The notes beneath the pieces were generated by a model. That model was not told the DNA's origin. It was given only the letters and a program-made list of their open reading frames with translations, and ran no database searches. This document shows positions 8,485 to 16,989 of a stretch of 64,000 nucleotides of DNA, in pieces. The stretch is from Candidatus Obscuribacter sp. Its GTDB lineage: Bacteria; Cyanobacteriota; Vampirovibrionia; Obscuribacterales; Obscuribacteraceae. The DNA lies in NCBI GenBank assembly GCA_016718315.1, contig JADKDV010000011.1:5337-69336 (forward strand). Direction: 5' to 3'. Position 1 is the stretch's first letter. The number at the start of each line of letters is the position of its first letter. Made by a program: the position numbers and the translations under genes.

Positions 8485-9279
8485 ATGAACAGAGGGGCTA
8501 TAGCGAAATACATAGATGAGCTGCCGGCAAACGGCCGTTATACGTTTTGTCGTGCAGAGCTTCAGCAAAGATTTGCCGTGTCCGATGCGGCGATTAAGCT
8601 CGCTTTGAATCGGCTGCAGAAGAACGGTCGGGTCGTTAGCCCACGACGTGGATTCTATGTCGTGGTACCGGAAGAATACAAGCATAGCGGAGCCCCTCCG
8701 CCGACTTGGTTCATTCATGCACTCATGAATGATTGGCAGTCGAATTACTACGTCGGGCTGCTTAGCGCCGCCGAGATACATGGCGCCGCGCATCAGCGTC
8801 CTCAAGAATTTCAAGTAATGTGCGATCGTGCACATCGTATGATTGACATAGGACGCCACCGAATTCGATTCTTCAAAAAATGGAATCTAAGTGAAGTGCC
8901 TACCATACAACAAAAGACGCCCACCGGATTTATGAAAGTATCTACTCCCGAAGCAACTGCATTGGACCTCGTAAGGTACTACCAAGACGCTGGATACTTC
9001 GGAAATGTGGCAACCGTAATTTCGGAGTTGGCCAATAAAATGAACGCGCACAGTTTAGTTTCCACTGCAAAGCTTCGGGTAGAACTGGCGGTCGTACAAA
9101 GGTTAGGTTATTTGCTCGAACTGGTTGAGAAACAGAAACTCGCTGATTCCTTGCACAATTGGCTTTGCACGCAGTCACCACGTGTGACTAGCCTCCGAAC
9201 AGATTTGGAGTTGGCAGAATCGTCCTTGAATCGACGTTGGTTACTCTATATAAATGAAAAAATAGAGGTGGACCAATGA
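8485..9279 (+). CDS. abiEi: AbiEi-family antitoxin / wHTH transcriptional regulator (type IV TA)
   Basis: The N-terminal wHTH-like segment (GRYTFCRAELQQRF...LNRLQKNGRVVSPRRGFYVV) is typical of AbiEi. The stop overlaps the AbiEii start (ATGA at 9276-9279). The start is uncertain: the ORF track begins at 8404, and I prefer ATG 8485. Confidence 0.65.
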   Translation: MNRGAIAKYIDELPANGRYTFCRAELQQRFAVSDAAIKLALNRLQKNGRVVSPRRGFYVVVPEEYKHSGAPPPTWFIHALMNDWQSNYYVGLLSAAEIHGAAHQRPQEFQVMCDRAHRMIDIGRHRIRFFKKWNLSEVPTIQQKTPTGFMKVSTPEATALDLVRYYQDAGYFGNVATVISELANKMNAHSLVSTAKLRVELAVVQRLGYLLELVEKQKLADSLHNWLCTQSPRVTSLRTDLELAESSLNRRWLLYINEKIEVDQ

Positions 9280-10094
9280 TACCGCGCACGGTGCTCACGG
9301 TTTGGCGCACGCACCATGCTCCTTGGCCGGGCGATGATCAGGTTGAGCAAGATCTTGTAATTTCTAGGGCTCTCGTCGAATTGTATTCGGATAAATTGAT
9401 AGGAGACAGCCTCGCATTTCGTGGCGGAACTGCCTTGAATAAGCTGTTCCTGCCGTCAATGAGCCGCTATTCAGAAGACATTGATCTGGTCAAGGTCCGC
9501 GCTGAGCCTATAGGACAGGTGATGGGAAGAATCAGGGAGTTGCTTACGCCGTGGCTCGGAAAACCGAAATACAAGCAGACCGAATCGATGGTCACATTGC
9601 ATTTCTCGTACACGGCAGAGCCACCGCTGGAAACCCCTATGAAGCTAAAACTCGAAATAAACACCAGGGAGAATTTCGCTGTTTATGGATACGAGAGACG
9701 TTCGCTTGAAGTCTCGTCTGAATGGTTTTCTGGAAAAGCAGATATTAAAACATTTGCTCTGGACGAGCTGCTAGGCACAAAGCTTCGAGCGCTTTATCAG
9801 CGAAAAAAAGGACGAGATCTGTTCGATCCCTGGTTGTGTAATTCATCGTTAAAGGTTGATCCGGAGCGAGTCGTAAATAGCTTTGTTCAGTATATGAGCC
9901 ACAACAACATCAAGGTATCGCGCGCAGAATTCGAAGAGAACCTTTTAAAAAAGCTGGCAGATCCGTCCTTCCGCGATGATATACGCCCGCTTATCCGTTC
10001 AGGTGTAACCTACGATGTCGATGAGGCAGGCCGATACGTGTTGGATGAAATCGTAAGTCGACTGCCTGGCAAACCTTGGAAGCGCCTGGTCTAA
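9276..10094 (+). CDS. abiEii: AbiEii/AbiGii-family nucleotidyltransferase toxin (type IV TA, DUF1814)
   Basis: VEQDLVISRAL...AFRGGTALNKLF...RYSEDIDLV matches the conserved AbiEii N-terminal nucleotidyltransferase motifs. It is translationally coupled to the upstream gene. Confidence 0.8.
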   Translation: MIPRTVLTVWRTHHAPWPGDDQVEQDLVISRALVELYSDKLIGDSLAFRGGTALNKLFLPSMSRYSEDIDLVKVRAEPIGQVMGRIRELLTPWLGKPKYKQTESMVTLHFSYTAEPPLETPMKLKLEINTRENFAVYGYERRSLEVSSEWFSGKADIKTFALDELLGTKLRALYQRKKGRDLFDPWLCNSSLKVDPERVVNSFVQYMSHNNIKVSRAEFEENLLKKLADPSFRDDIRPLIRSGVTYDVDEAGRYVLDEIVSRLPGKPWKRLV

Positions 10095-10228
10095 TTGCGC
10101 TTTATAGAGCCTAAGGTTGTACAAGCCGGAGCAACTTGGCGGACTTGACGGTGCCCCCAATGTCGGGGCAAGTGACCGAGATTGGCAGGTTTAGGGCGGG
10201 GGTACCGTTTTAGCCTTGCGCTCATTAC

Positions 10229-12373
10229 TCATTCTTCTGCAAAAGTCGATGCGCACTCCACTCCAATCACAGCATTTTCGTCTGTCAACTTAATCAGCTC
10301 GTTGCGACTGGCAAATAGCTGGTCAAAGAAGTTTGTTTTCCCGACATGTTTACTCGCCTTTATGACAAATGACGCGCCCCAGCCCATGCGTCTTTCAAGC
10401 TTCATAGTAGTCGCGTACTGCTTTAGCGTGCGTGCATAGTTGTCGTAAGCCTGGCGGATTTTATCGGATTGCATCTGGGCTGCGGCAGGGGTTTTCCATT
10501 CTTGTGGGTTTTTAGTTTTTGCCGCCGCTGTGAGGTTGCCTAACGCTTCGGATACTGTGTATTTTTTATAGGCAGTGTCCTCCAGGCTAAGGGCTCGAAG
10601 GTCTTTTACAGTTTGGTCTGCATCATCGCCTCGCTCAGTTTGCAGATAGGCCTGCCTGAGCTGGTTCATTACTTTGGAGATAACCTCTATCGACATCCCT
10701 CGTTGCCACAAGCTCTTGGCGCGGGTTAAAAGTACGATGGCTTCTGTCTCGTTTTTAGCATTCATCTCGTCTTTTGCCAGAGCCACAAGCAATAGACAAA
10801 ACTTCTCACGCACGCTGGGGTCGTTTGGTGCTTCACTTAGTGCCTTTTCGTAAAATGGCACCGATTCTTTTGTCATGCCATAAGCGTCCAGGTGAGACGC
10901 ATTGGGTTTGGTTTTTGTTTGAGGCCAGTCCGAATCATGCTCGAGATTTTCGGCTGCTTTAGTATTGCCTGTCTGCAAGTATGCATATTGCAGACGATTG
11001 AGCACCAGAGTCTTGAGGCTTTTTGATTGGCTTTTGGCGGACCCAAGCTTTGCTCGGAGCAATAGATCAATAGCCGTTTTATTGTCATGATTTTGAGTGT
11101 AAGCCTTTGCCAATGTGGCAAATAGATAGCAAATTGTATCCCGCGTCTGACTATCCCTGGCATCATTGAGTGCGGCATTGTTTAGCGCTGCCAGTGCCGC
11201 TTTGTTGTCTCCAGTCCTTAGATGGTCATAGACTGCGTTGATATCATCGCGCACGTTGGATTGATAGAGTGACTTCAGTGCCTCCGTGTCTGCAGTAGTC
11301 AGCACTCCGACCGGCGCTGCCGGTATATGTGTCCACATGATGTCTTGTTTGTTTGAGCTGTGATTGAGACCGATGCTGTGTCCGATCTCGTGGAGGCACA
11401 ATGTCGCTATGCATCGTTTGCGCGCATCATCATTAAAGGTGCGCCTATAGTTGCCGGGTGTCAGTGTAAGTAGCTTCAAATTGGCTCTCAAAATATGACC
11501 ACTATTATTGACAGATCTTTCGCAGACACCGGCGGCATCCTTAGATTGCAGCTGTGCTTGCTCGCTGACCCATGTGCATGTGATGTCTGCTTTTGACTCT
11601 GTCTGCTCAAATGTAAATTGTATTTTGCCGTTGCTCTGCTTTTGCCAGGTATCAAATGCATTGCGCAGCAACTGAGCATCTCCACTTTTGTATCCTGCCA
11701 GCTTCGAATTTGCATTATCTGTTGGTATGTATACTTTGAGCGGCAATTTACCAGATAACCATTTGTTTAGTTGATTTTGCTTGCCACCGGTTTGTATCAC
11801 ATCTAGTGGCATAGACCAGGAGTTATCGGCAAGCTCAAGCTCAATCAATTTGATTTTGACCTTGATTTGCTCGATTGAGCGATGAGTGGGGTTATTGATT
11901 GCCAGTCTCTTAAGGAGGTCCAGCGCATCTTCGGTCTCGTTAAGTCGAGTTTTGATCAATGCCTGGAGTACGGCTACCTCAACATCTGATGGCTGCACGC
12001 TTGCTTGTTTGCGGGTGGAGGCTACGTCATTGAGAGCATTTGTCAGATACGCGATATCGTCTCGCGCCAGGAGCAACTCGTTGATCTCGGCTGGGCTCGC
12101 GCTCATTAGCCACTGCTCCGTGCGTCCGTATTGCTGGTGGTAAATGCAGCTGTATGCGGTATACAAAAGCTCCCAGGACTTGCGTCTGCTCTCTGGAGCG
12201 ATGACAACTTCCTCTAAGCCCATTGGGTTTGATTGACCCACCATTGGGGGCTTATGTGGTGTGTTGTCGTCGGTACGTGCAGCGCGGCAATCCGTGCCTA
12301 TCAGCAATGTGCCAAGCAGACCGAGTGCCACGATTTGCAGTTTTGCGCTCATATTACCTTTGACTGGTACCAT
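10229..12373 (-). CDS. Secreted matrixin-like zinc metalloprotease with a C-terminal TPR-like helical repeat region
   Basis: An N-terminal signal peptide is present. LCLHEIGHSIGLNHS is the HExxHxxGxxH metzincin motif. The C-terminal half has repeated helical, TPR-like segments. Confidence 0.7.
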   Translation of the reverse strand: MVPVKGNMSAKLQIVALGLLGTLLIGTDCRAARTDDNTPHKPPMVGQSNPMGLEEVVIAPESRRKSWELLYTAYSCIYHQQYGRTEQWLMSASPAEINELLLARDDIAYLTNALNDVASTRKQASVQPSDVEVAVLQALIKTRLNETEDALDLLKRLAINNPTHRSIEQIKVKIKLIELELADNSWSMPLDVIQTGGKQNQLNKWLSGKLPLKVYIPTDNANSKLAGYKSGDAQLLRNAFDTWQKQSNGKIQFTFEQTESKADITCTWVSEQAQLQSKDAAGVCERSVNNSGHILRANLKLLTLTPGNYRRTFNDDARKRCIATLCLHEIGHSIGLNHSSNKQDIMWTHIPAAPVGVLTTADTEALKSLYQSNVRDDINAVYDHLRTGDNKAALAALNNAALNDARDSQTRDTICYLFATLAKAYTQNHDNKTAIDLLLRAKLGSAKSQSKSLKTLVLNRLQYAYLQTGNTKAAENLEHDSDWPQTKTKPNASHLDAYGMTKESVPFYEKALSEAPNDPSVREKFCLLLVALAKDEMNAKNETEAIVLLTRAKSLWQRGMSIEVISKVMNQLRQAYLQTERGDDADQTVKDLRALSLEDTAYKKYTVSEALGNLTAAAKTKNPQEWKTPAAAQMQSDKIRQAYDNYARTLKQYATTMKLERRMGWGASFVIKASKHVGKTNFFDQLFASRNELIKLTDENAVIGVECASTFAEE

Positions 12374-12544
12374 GCTGGACTGAGTCTTGCATTTTAGGAG
12401 ATGCTGTCGACAAATGCTAGCGGGGTTGATATTGTGGCTCTAAGTTTGCTGGTGTGCCTATCTGCATCAACATCTTCTGATACTACTTCGATCGATAAGC
12501 TTGTTGCAAGCTGACTGATACATAAGCAGGATTACCAACTTGTT

Positions 12545-13918
12545 CTATGATTTCCGCTGCCACACTGTTTGCCATGCCTCAAACTCTGAAGGGCGCACTC
12601 GGTAGCGAGCAATATTACCTTCATGTAGAGCTAGGATCTCGTCTTCAGCGACGCGTTGGAATTCATCCCGGTCGTTGCTTTCTAAATTGTCTGACGTCCA
12701 TGCCTCTAGATATCTAAGTGCAGCTGCGCGATCGAATTGGTCCTTTACGATAGTGCCGACCACTTCGCGGAGAGAATCTCGATACTTGAGACGAAACGGA
12801 TCGGGTTCACCCAGTGACTGGCGAACTGCTTTATAGCGTTCAGCTGAGCGTTTATAAGCCCAGAGATAGATTTCCGTGAGTAGTTCTACTTTGTTTAGTT
12901 CGTATACTGCAAGAGTTGCCTGCACATATAAGTCTTTTGGCACATCGGCAAACGTAAGCGGAACTAGATTATGCTTGATCAGTGGAATGTTGGCTGCCAG
13001 GCGTGAAACTCGTTTGTTGACGTGCTCAAATGGTTGAAGGTAGGGTAAATGAACCATGATAAAGAAAGACTGTTCAAAAGGATCTGTGATTGCCGTTGCT
13101 GTATCTAAGATTTGGTTGAAGCATTCCTCGATAATCTGTGGTACTGCAAGCGGTCGAAACGATGATTGCCCAATTTCAACTTCAATTTGACGAAGGCTTC
13201 CTGCTGCCTTCGGATCCGTTAAAAGGTTGTTTGCCAAAACACCGTGCAAGTTCCGAATAGTTAGTCTGTTGAATCCTATCTCGTCAGCGTTATCAACAAG
13301 GAATTCAATCGCATCTTTATGATTTAGGATCATTTGCGCTTCAAGCCGGTCTTTACCCTGTGCCTCTTTGCCAAACGCGATCAATCTTTTTGTGTCTAGA
13401 ATGCTATATGTATTGCCTTCCAAACGACTTGAATTCCAAGATAGATCAATGAGCAAGCGATCCAAGATGTTTCGCGCGTATGTACCTGCCGGTTGGAATC
13501 CAATTTTGACTGCGCTTGTTTCATGAAGTTGGGTGCGCTGCGCTTCCGAAAGATAAGCACTTTCGTTTGGTCTATAAGAATCCAGAAAGTCCCTGTTGTA
13601 ACCAACTATCGTCCTTAAAAGCAGCGGACGCGAAACATTTTTCTGAATGTCTCGCGCTGCCCGAGACAAAGGCACCACTTCTGGTTCTATCTCTGTACTG
13701 ACGTTGACCGATGCCGGAAAGTATTTCATTCCACGACGTTGGCCTTCAGTTAAGGCTCTTCCTTGCCCTGCAAGATAGCGCAGTCGATATTGCAGCGTGC
13801 GGTGAGGGAGACTGCTGCCACTGGCAGCGCTTATAAATTTGAGGTCAACCCCATTAGGGTGAGCCTTAAGTATCTCCTCGATAACTTTAAGATCTTCTTC
13901 TGGTATCTGTTTAGCCAT
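12545..13918 (-). CDS. wHTH + Fic-domain protein with a degenerate Fic active-site motif
   Basis: The N-terminus is wHTH-like. A Fic_N-type SSRLEG motif ([ST]xxxE[GN]) is present. The core reads QPFEHVNKRVSR where the canonical motif is HPFx[DE]GNGRxxR, so the catalytic His is replaced by Gln and the Gly residues are lost. Confidence 0.65.
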   Translation of the reverse strand: MAKQIPEEDLKVIEEILKAHPNGVDLKFISAASGSSLPHRTLQYRLRYLAGQGRALTEGQRRGMKYFPASVNVSTEIEPEVVPLSRAARDIQKNVSRPLLLRTIVGYNRDFLDSYRPNESAYLSEAQRTQLHETSAVKIGFQPAGTYARNILDRLLIDLSWNSSRLEGNTYSILDTKRLIAFGKEAQGKDRLEAQMILNHKDAIEFLVDNADEIGFNRLTIRNLHGVLANNLLTDPKAAGSLRQIEVEIGQSSFRPLAVPQIIEECFNQILDTATAITDPFEQSFFIMVHLPYLQPFEHVNKRVSRLAANIPLIKHNLVPLTFADVPKDLYVQATLAVYELNKVELLTEIYLWAYKRSAERYKAVRQSLGEPDPFRLKYRDSLREVVGTIVKDQFDRAAALRYLEAWTSDNLESNDRDEFQRVAEDEILALHEGNIARYRVRPSEFEAWQTVWQRKS

Positions 13919-13954
13919 GAGTCAGTCTGTTCTGCATGAGCTTTAACCGTTATA

Positions 13955-14074
13955 TAGGCAATAATGTGTCACTTTAGGCAATTATATACCACTTTAGGCA
14001 ATATCATATCATATTAGGCAATATTGTAAGGCTTTAGGCAATTATAAGGCGCATTAGGCAACTATGTGTCCTTC
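13955..14074. repeat. Six direct repeats with an exact 20-bp period, core TAGGCAAT(W)AT, upstream of the Fic-like gene
   Basis: TAGGCA starts at 13955, 13975, 13995, 14015, 14035 and 14055. This is 37-156 nt upstream of the minus-strand ATG at 13918. Confidence 0.85.
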
Positions 14075-14212
14075 ACGGTGCAGCGTGACTTTGGTCAAAT
14101 GTATGATGGTTTTCGTCTACAGGATGCGTGACCGTTCCAAATTTGAGAGTTGATCAGCTTCTGATCTCCGAATTGTGGTTGGTCTAATAGTTACTTATAT
14201 TTCTTCAGCTTT

Positions 14213-14881
14213 TCAATTCGTTTTGACATTGGGGTGTTTATGCAAAAGCGGGCTGTAGATTATGCTGTCGATTTCATAACTGGCCAGCCTTTTAATTTCA
14301 CTGATCGTCAACCACAAAAACATGCGGGGATTGACCGCTTTGTAGTCTTCGTCGCAAAGGCTGGCATTGATAAAAGTGGTGGCGCCTATGGTGTTCTGAC
14401 CATAGCCGCTATGGATGTGACCAAAGATATGATATCGAGGCGGCTGCTCCATTGTGTCGAGCTTCTTGCGTAATTCTTCGCAGCCAACGCTCTGCGGCGG
14501 ACCGTACCTACCATCTGTCACATCCATGATGCCGTAAGGTGGTCCATGGGTAACTAAAATATCCAGACCATCAGGGATAATGTCCCAGACTGGCTTTATG
14601 TCCTCGCCGCGGTCTTTCATGTAGTACCAGTTAAAAAACGTAGGCGTCCAGGGACTTGCCCATATCTTTAAGCCAGCATATGTATAAGGCTCGTCGACTA
14701 GTATTTGTGCATGGGTCAAAATCGTCTTTGCCAGCGGCAACTCGCGCTCAAGTATTTTGTCGTGGTTGCCTGGTGTCACGATACATTGGTCATACAGATG
14801 GCGATTTCTTCCGAGAAAGGCGTTAAATTCAATAAGTTCATTCATACTGCCGACCGTCGTCAAATCGCCAGCAATTATCAA
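14213..14881 (-). CDS. Calcineurin-like metallophosphoesterase; N-terminal DxH motif lies in another frame (frameshifted)
   Basis: Motifs IIAGDLT, GNHD and GHIH are present. ATG 14945 opens MTKIATTSDVHS (the DxH motif) in a different frame, 12 nt after the upstream gene stop. The frames switch around 14896-14915. Confidence 0.7.
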   Translation of the reverse strand: MIIAGDLTTVGSMNELIEFNAFLGRNRHLYDQCIVTPGNHDKILERELPLAKTILTHAQILVDEPYTYAGLKIWASPWTPTFFNWYYMKDRGEDIKPVWDIIPDGLDILVTHGPPYGIMDVTDGRYGPPQSVGCEELRKKLDTMEQPPRYHIFGHIHSGYGQNTIGATTFINASLCDEDYKAVNPRMFLWLTISEIKRLASYEIDSIIYSPLLHKHPNVKTN

Positions 14882-14957
14882 TAAATCGCACTCCGGTACT
14901 TGGAATGGTCGAGTGGACGTCGCTGGTGGTAGCTATTTTAGTCATAATGATATTTTG

Positions 14958-16049
14958 TCAAAATCCGCGCTTTTGAGATAGTGGTGCAAAAATCTGCTTT
15001 GTTTCATCGTCGACTACAGGACCACCATGGACAACTATGTCTGTTTTGGGAAACCACTGTTTAAACAGCGCCATCTCGGCTTTTGTGTAAGGGGGTGTGC
15101 CGGGTAGCTCCAACCGCTCCAGATGCAGTACGGAGAGCTTACCAATCCCTTTTGTCGTGACCTTGGTTTGTCTGAGATCTAGTTTTTTAAGCGATTTGAG
15201 TTGCACCAGGGGCGCTATCACATAGTCAGTGACACTATTACTGTGCGGTATCGCTAATTCGACAAGGTCTGGGCATTGAGAGACATACTGAGCGCCCTCT
15301 CTGGTTAGTGCCACACTATCTATGCGCAGTACCCTGAGAGTTTTGCAGTTAGGCAAAAACCGTAGATTACTCATCAGTAAGCGGCAGGCTCCGGCATCAA
15401 GGACCTGGAGCTTTGGTAGTTTTGGTAGCTCCGCAAAACTCTCGCCAGTGATGTCTGTCGCAAACAATGTCAACTGTTCGAGATTGCTAAGTGCTGCAAT
15501 GTTTTTGAGCCCAATATCGGAGACATCGGACCGAGCTACATCCAGGTAGCGTAGTGATTGTATCTTGCATATGTTTATCAGGGCTTTGTCAGTCAGGGTC
15601 TCGTGCTTGCTGGACTTGTTGCCATCATCACTATCCATGTCGAGCATTTGCATTTTGAGAGCATCGATGCCTTTGATGGTGGCAAGCTCTGAGCTGTTGT
15701 GAGCACCGTAACTATTTACGATGAGAGCCAGGACAGAGTGTTTTGGTACTTTGACTGCAAAAGTGCCTCTGGCCTCATGCAAGATGGTGCCCTGGATATC
15801 GTGCAAGCCGTCAATCGCTGATTTGGTAGTGAGCACAATTGCACCGACTGACTGTTTAGTTGGGCACTGAATTGTTCTTGTCTCCAGTGTGTCAGCGGCT
15901 GGCGCTTTGGACTTTGCTTGGGCTGGTGTAAATCCTGGCAGGGGCATGCTTACGAGACCGAGCAATAGACACGCTGCCAAATTTGTTGTATAGCGCACCA
16001 TTGTGGCCGGTTTTCCTGTCTTAATTACTCTGTCGGAGGTGATTTTCAT
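14958..16049 (-). CDS. Secreted leucine-rich repeat protein
   Basis: A signal peptide is present. Repeated LxxLxLxxxxI(T/S)D units occur (LRYLDVARSDVSDIGLKNIAALSNLEQLTLFATDITG...). Confidence 0.6.
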   Translation of the reverse strand: MKITSDRVIKTGKPATMVRYTTNLAACLLLGLVSMPLPGFTPAQAKSKAPAADTLETRTIQCPTKQSVGAIVLTTKSAIDGLHDIQGTILHEARGTFAVKVPKHSVLALIVNSYGAHNSSELATIKGIDALKMQMLDMDSDDGNKSSKHETLTDKALINICKIQSLRYLDVARSDVSDIGLKNIAALSNLEQLTLFATDITGESFAELPKLPKLQVLDAGACRLLMSNLRFLPNCKTLRVLRIDSVALTREGAQYVSQCPDLVELAIPHSNSVTDYVIAPLVQLKSLKKLDLRQTKVTTKGIGKLSVLHLERLELPGTPPYTKAEMALFKQWFPKTDIVVHGGPVVDDETKQIFAPLSQKRGF

Positions 16050-16097
16050 AGAATGGCTTTTCAGTATAGCCTTATGTTGCGCCAGTTAGCGCGCGGA

Positions 16098-16511
16098 TTA
16101 GTAGGTTGGTTTGAGCTGTCTTTCGCTTGTTTGGGACGGCTTGTCTTTGTTCGACTGTCTAACAAGCTCATATTCTCTAAGTGAGCAACTCTTTACGAAG
16201 TCAAACAAGCTGAGTAGTTGACCCTTTTCTATTCCGTAAATTGGCCTGAGACCAATCACGTCGGAGGCATGCATTATTAAGTGGTCTGGCATCTCATTGA
16301 TTGGCAGCAATCTTGTCTCCAGTGCGTCAGCTGTGACCAGGGCGCCCACTTCGATCTCTTGCACAGCGTAAACTGCTGTACTTATCCGACCTGTTTCTAA
16401 GTCTTGGATCCGAGTCTCTAGCTTTCTAATGGGTTCTCTACTTTGCCAAATGAGAAAGCCGCCAAAGCTAATGGCACTCACTATACCTAAAATTACAAAT
16501 AATCGAGGCAT
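16098..16511 (-). CDS. Membrane-anchored SAF-like domain protein (CpaB N-terminal-like)
   Basis: An N-terminal TM helix is followed by VYAVQEIEVGALVTADAL...GLRPIYGIEKGQLL, which resembles SAF/CpaB N-terminal domains. Confidence 0.4.
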   Translation of the reverse strand: MPRLFVILGIVSAISFGGFLIWQSREPIRKLETRIQDLETGRISTAVYAVQEIEVGALVTADALETRLLPINEMPDHLIMHASDVIGLRPIYGIEKGQLLSLFDFVKSCSLREYELVRQSNKDKPSQTSERQLKPTY

Positions 16512-16639
16512 AAATCAATCTTATCATTCAGGTTCGATGCTTCAAATGGCGCCTTGGACTTTTGTTTACCGATGCCAATTAACATCGCGTCGTCATCGCA
16601 ACTTGTCCACAACCATGTCCTTTGTTATGATGTCGTAAG

Positions 16640-16873
16640 TTGTCACCGTCAAAGAGGATAAGACAATGCGTACAGATATCCACAACTTCCACTGCTTTCG
16701 AGCCAACTAGCAAGCGCAAACGCGGCTACCCCTCAGAGACACGGGTAAAGCGCGGTGATCGTGTTGTGCATGGAGGCAAAGAACTCATCGAAAAGCTCGG
16801 ACGCAATGATTTGTGCCCGTGTGGCTCTGGTCGACGCTTTAAGCGTTGCTGTATGCACTCAGGTTGTTTTTGA
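16640..16873 (+). CDS. Small SEC-C motif (metal-binding) protein
   Basis: The C-terminus [16 protein letters not shown] is the SEC-C zinc-binding motif. The start codon is uncertain: TTG at 16640, with no in-frame ATG. Confidence 0.45.
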   Translation: MSPSKRIRQCVQISTTSTAFEPTSKRKRGYPSETRVKRGDRVVHGGKELIEKLGRNDLCPCGSGRRFKRCCMHSGCF

Positions 16874-16989
16874 CGGAAGTCAGAGAGACCACTATTCAAG
16901 ATGAGTGATCGACCGAGTAAATCTGAAGTGATGAGCGAGATTGGAAAGATGAGTGTGAAATGCTCAGATTTATCTTCCAATCTTTGCCA

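Noticed and set aside
10152-10170. Hairpin TGCCCC-caatgtc-GGGGCA between the convergent abiEii and metalloprotease genes, as a possible bidirectional terminator.
   Set aside because: The stem is short and there is no U-tract on either strand. I did not list it as a feature.
8143-10228. The AbiE module as part of a defined mobile element.
   Set aside because: No integrase, transposase, tRNA target or flanking direct or inverted repeats are visible. I report only the positional association with the truncated array.
13955-14074. Regularly spaced repeats that could be mistaken for a mini CRISPR array.
   Set aside because: The period is only 20 bp, with a ~10-bp conserved core and a ~10-bp variable part. 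That is far too short for CRISPR repeats and spacers, and no cas genes are nearby. I interpret it as an operator or iteron-like array.
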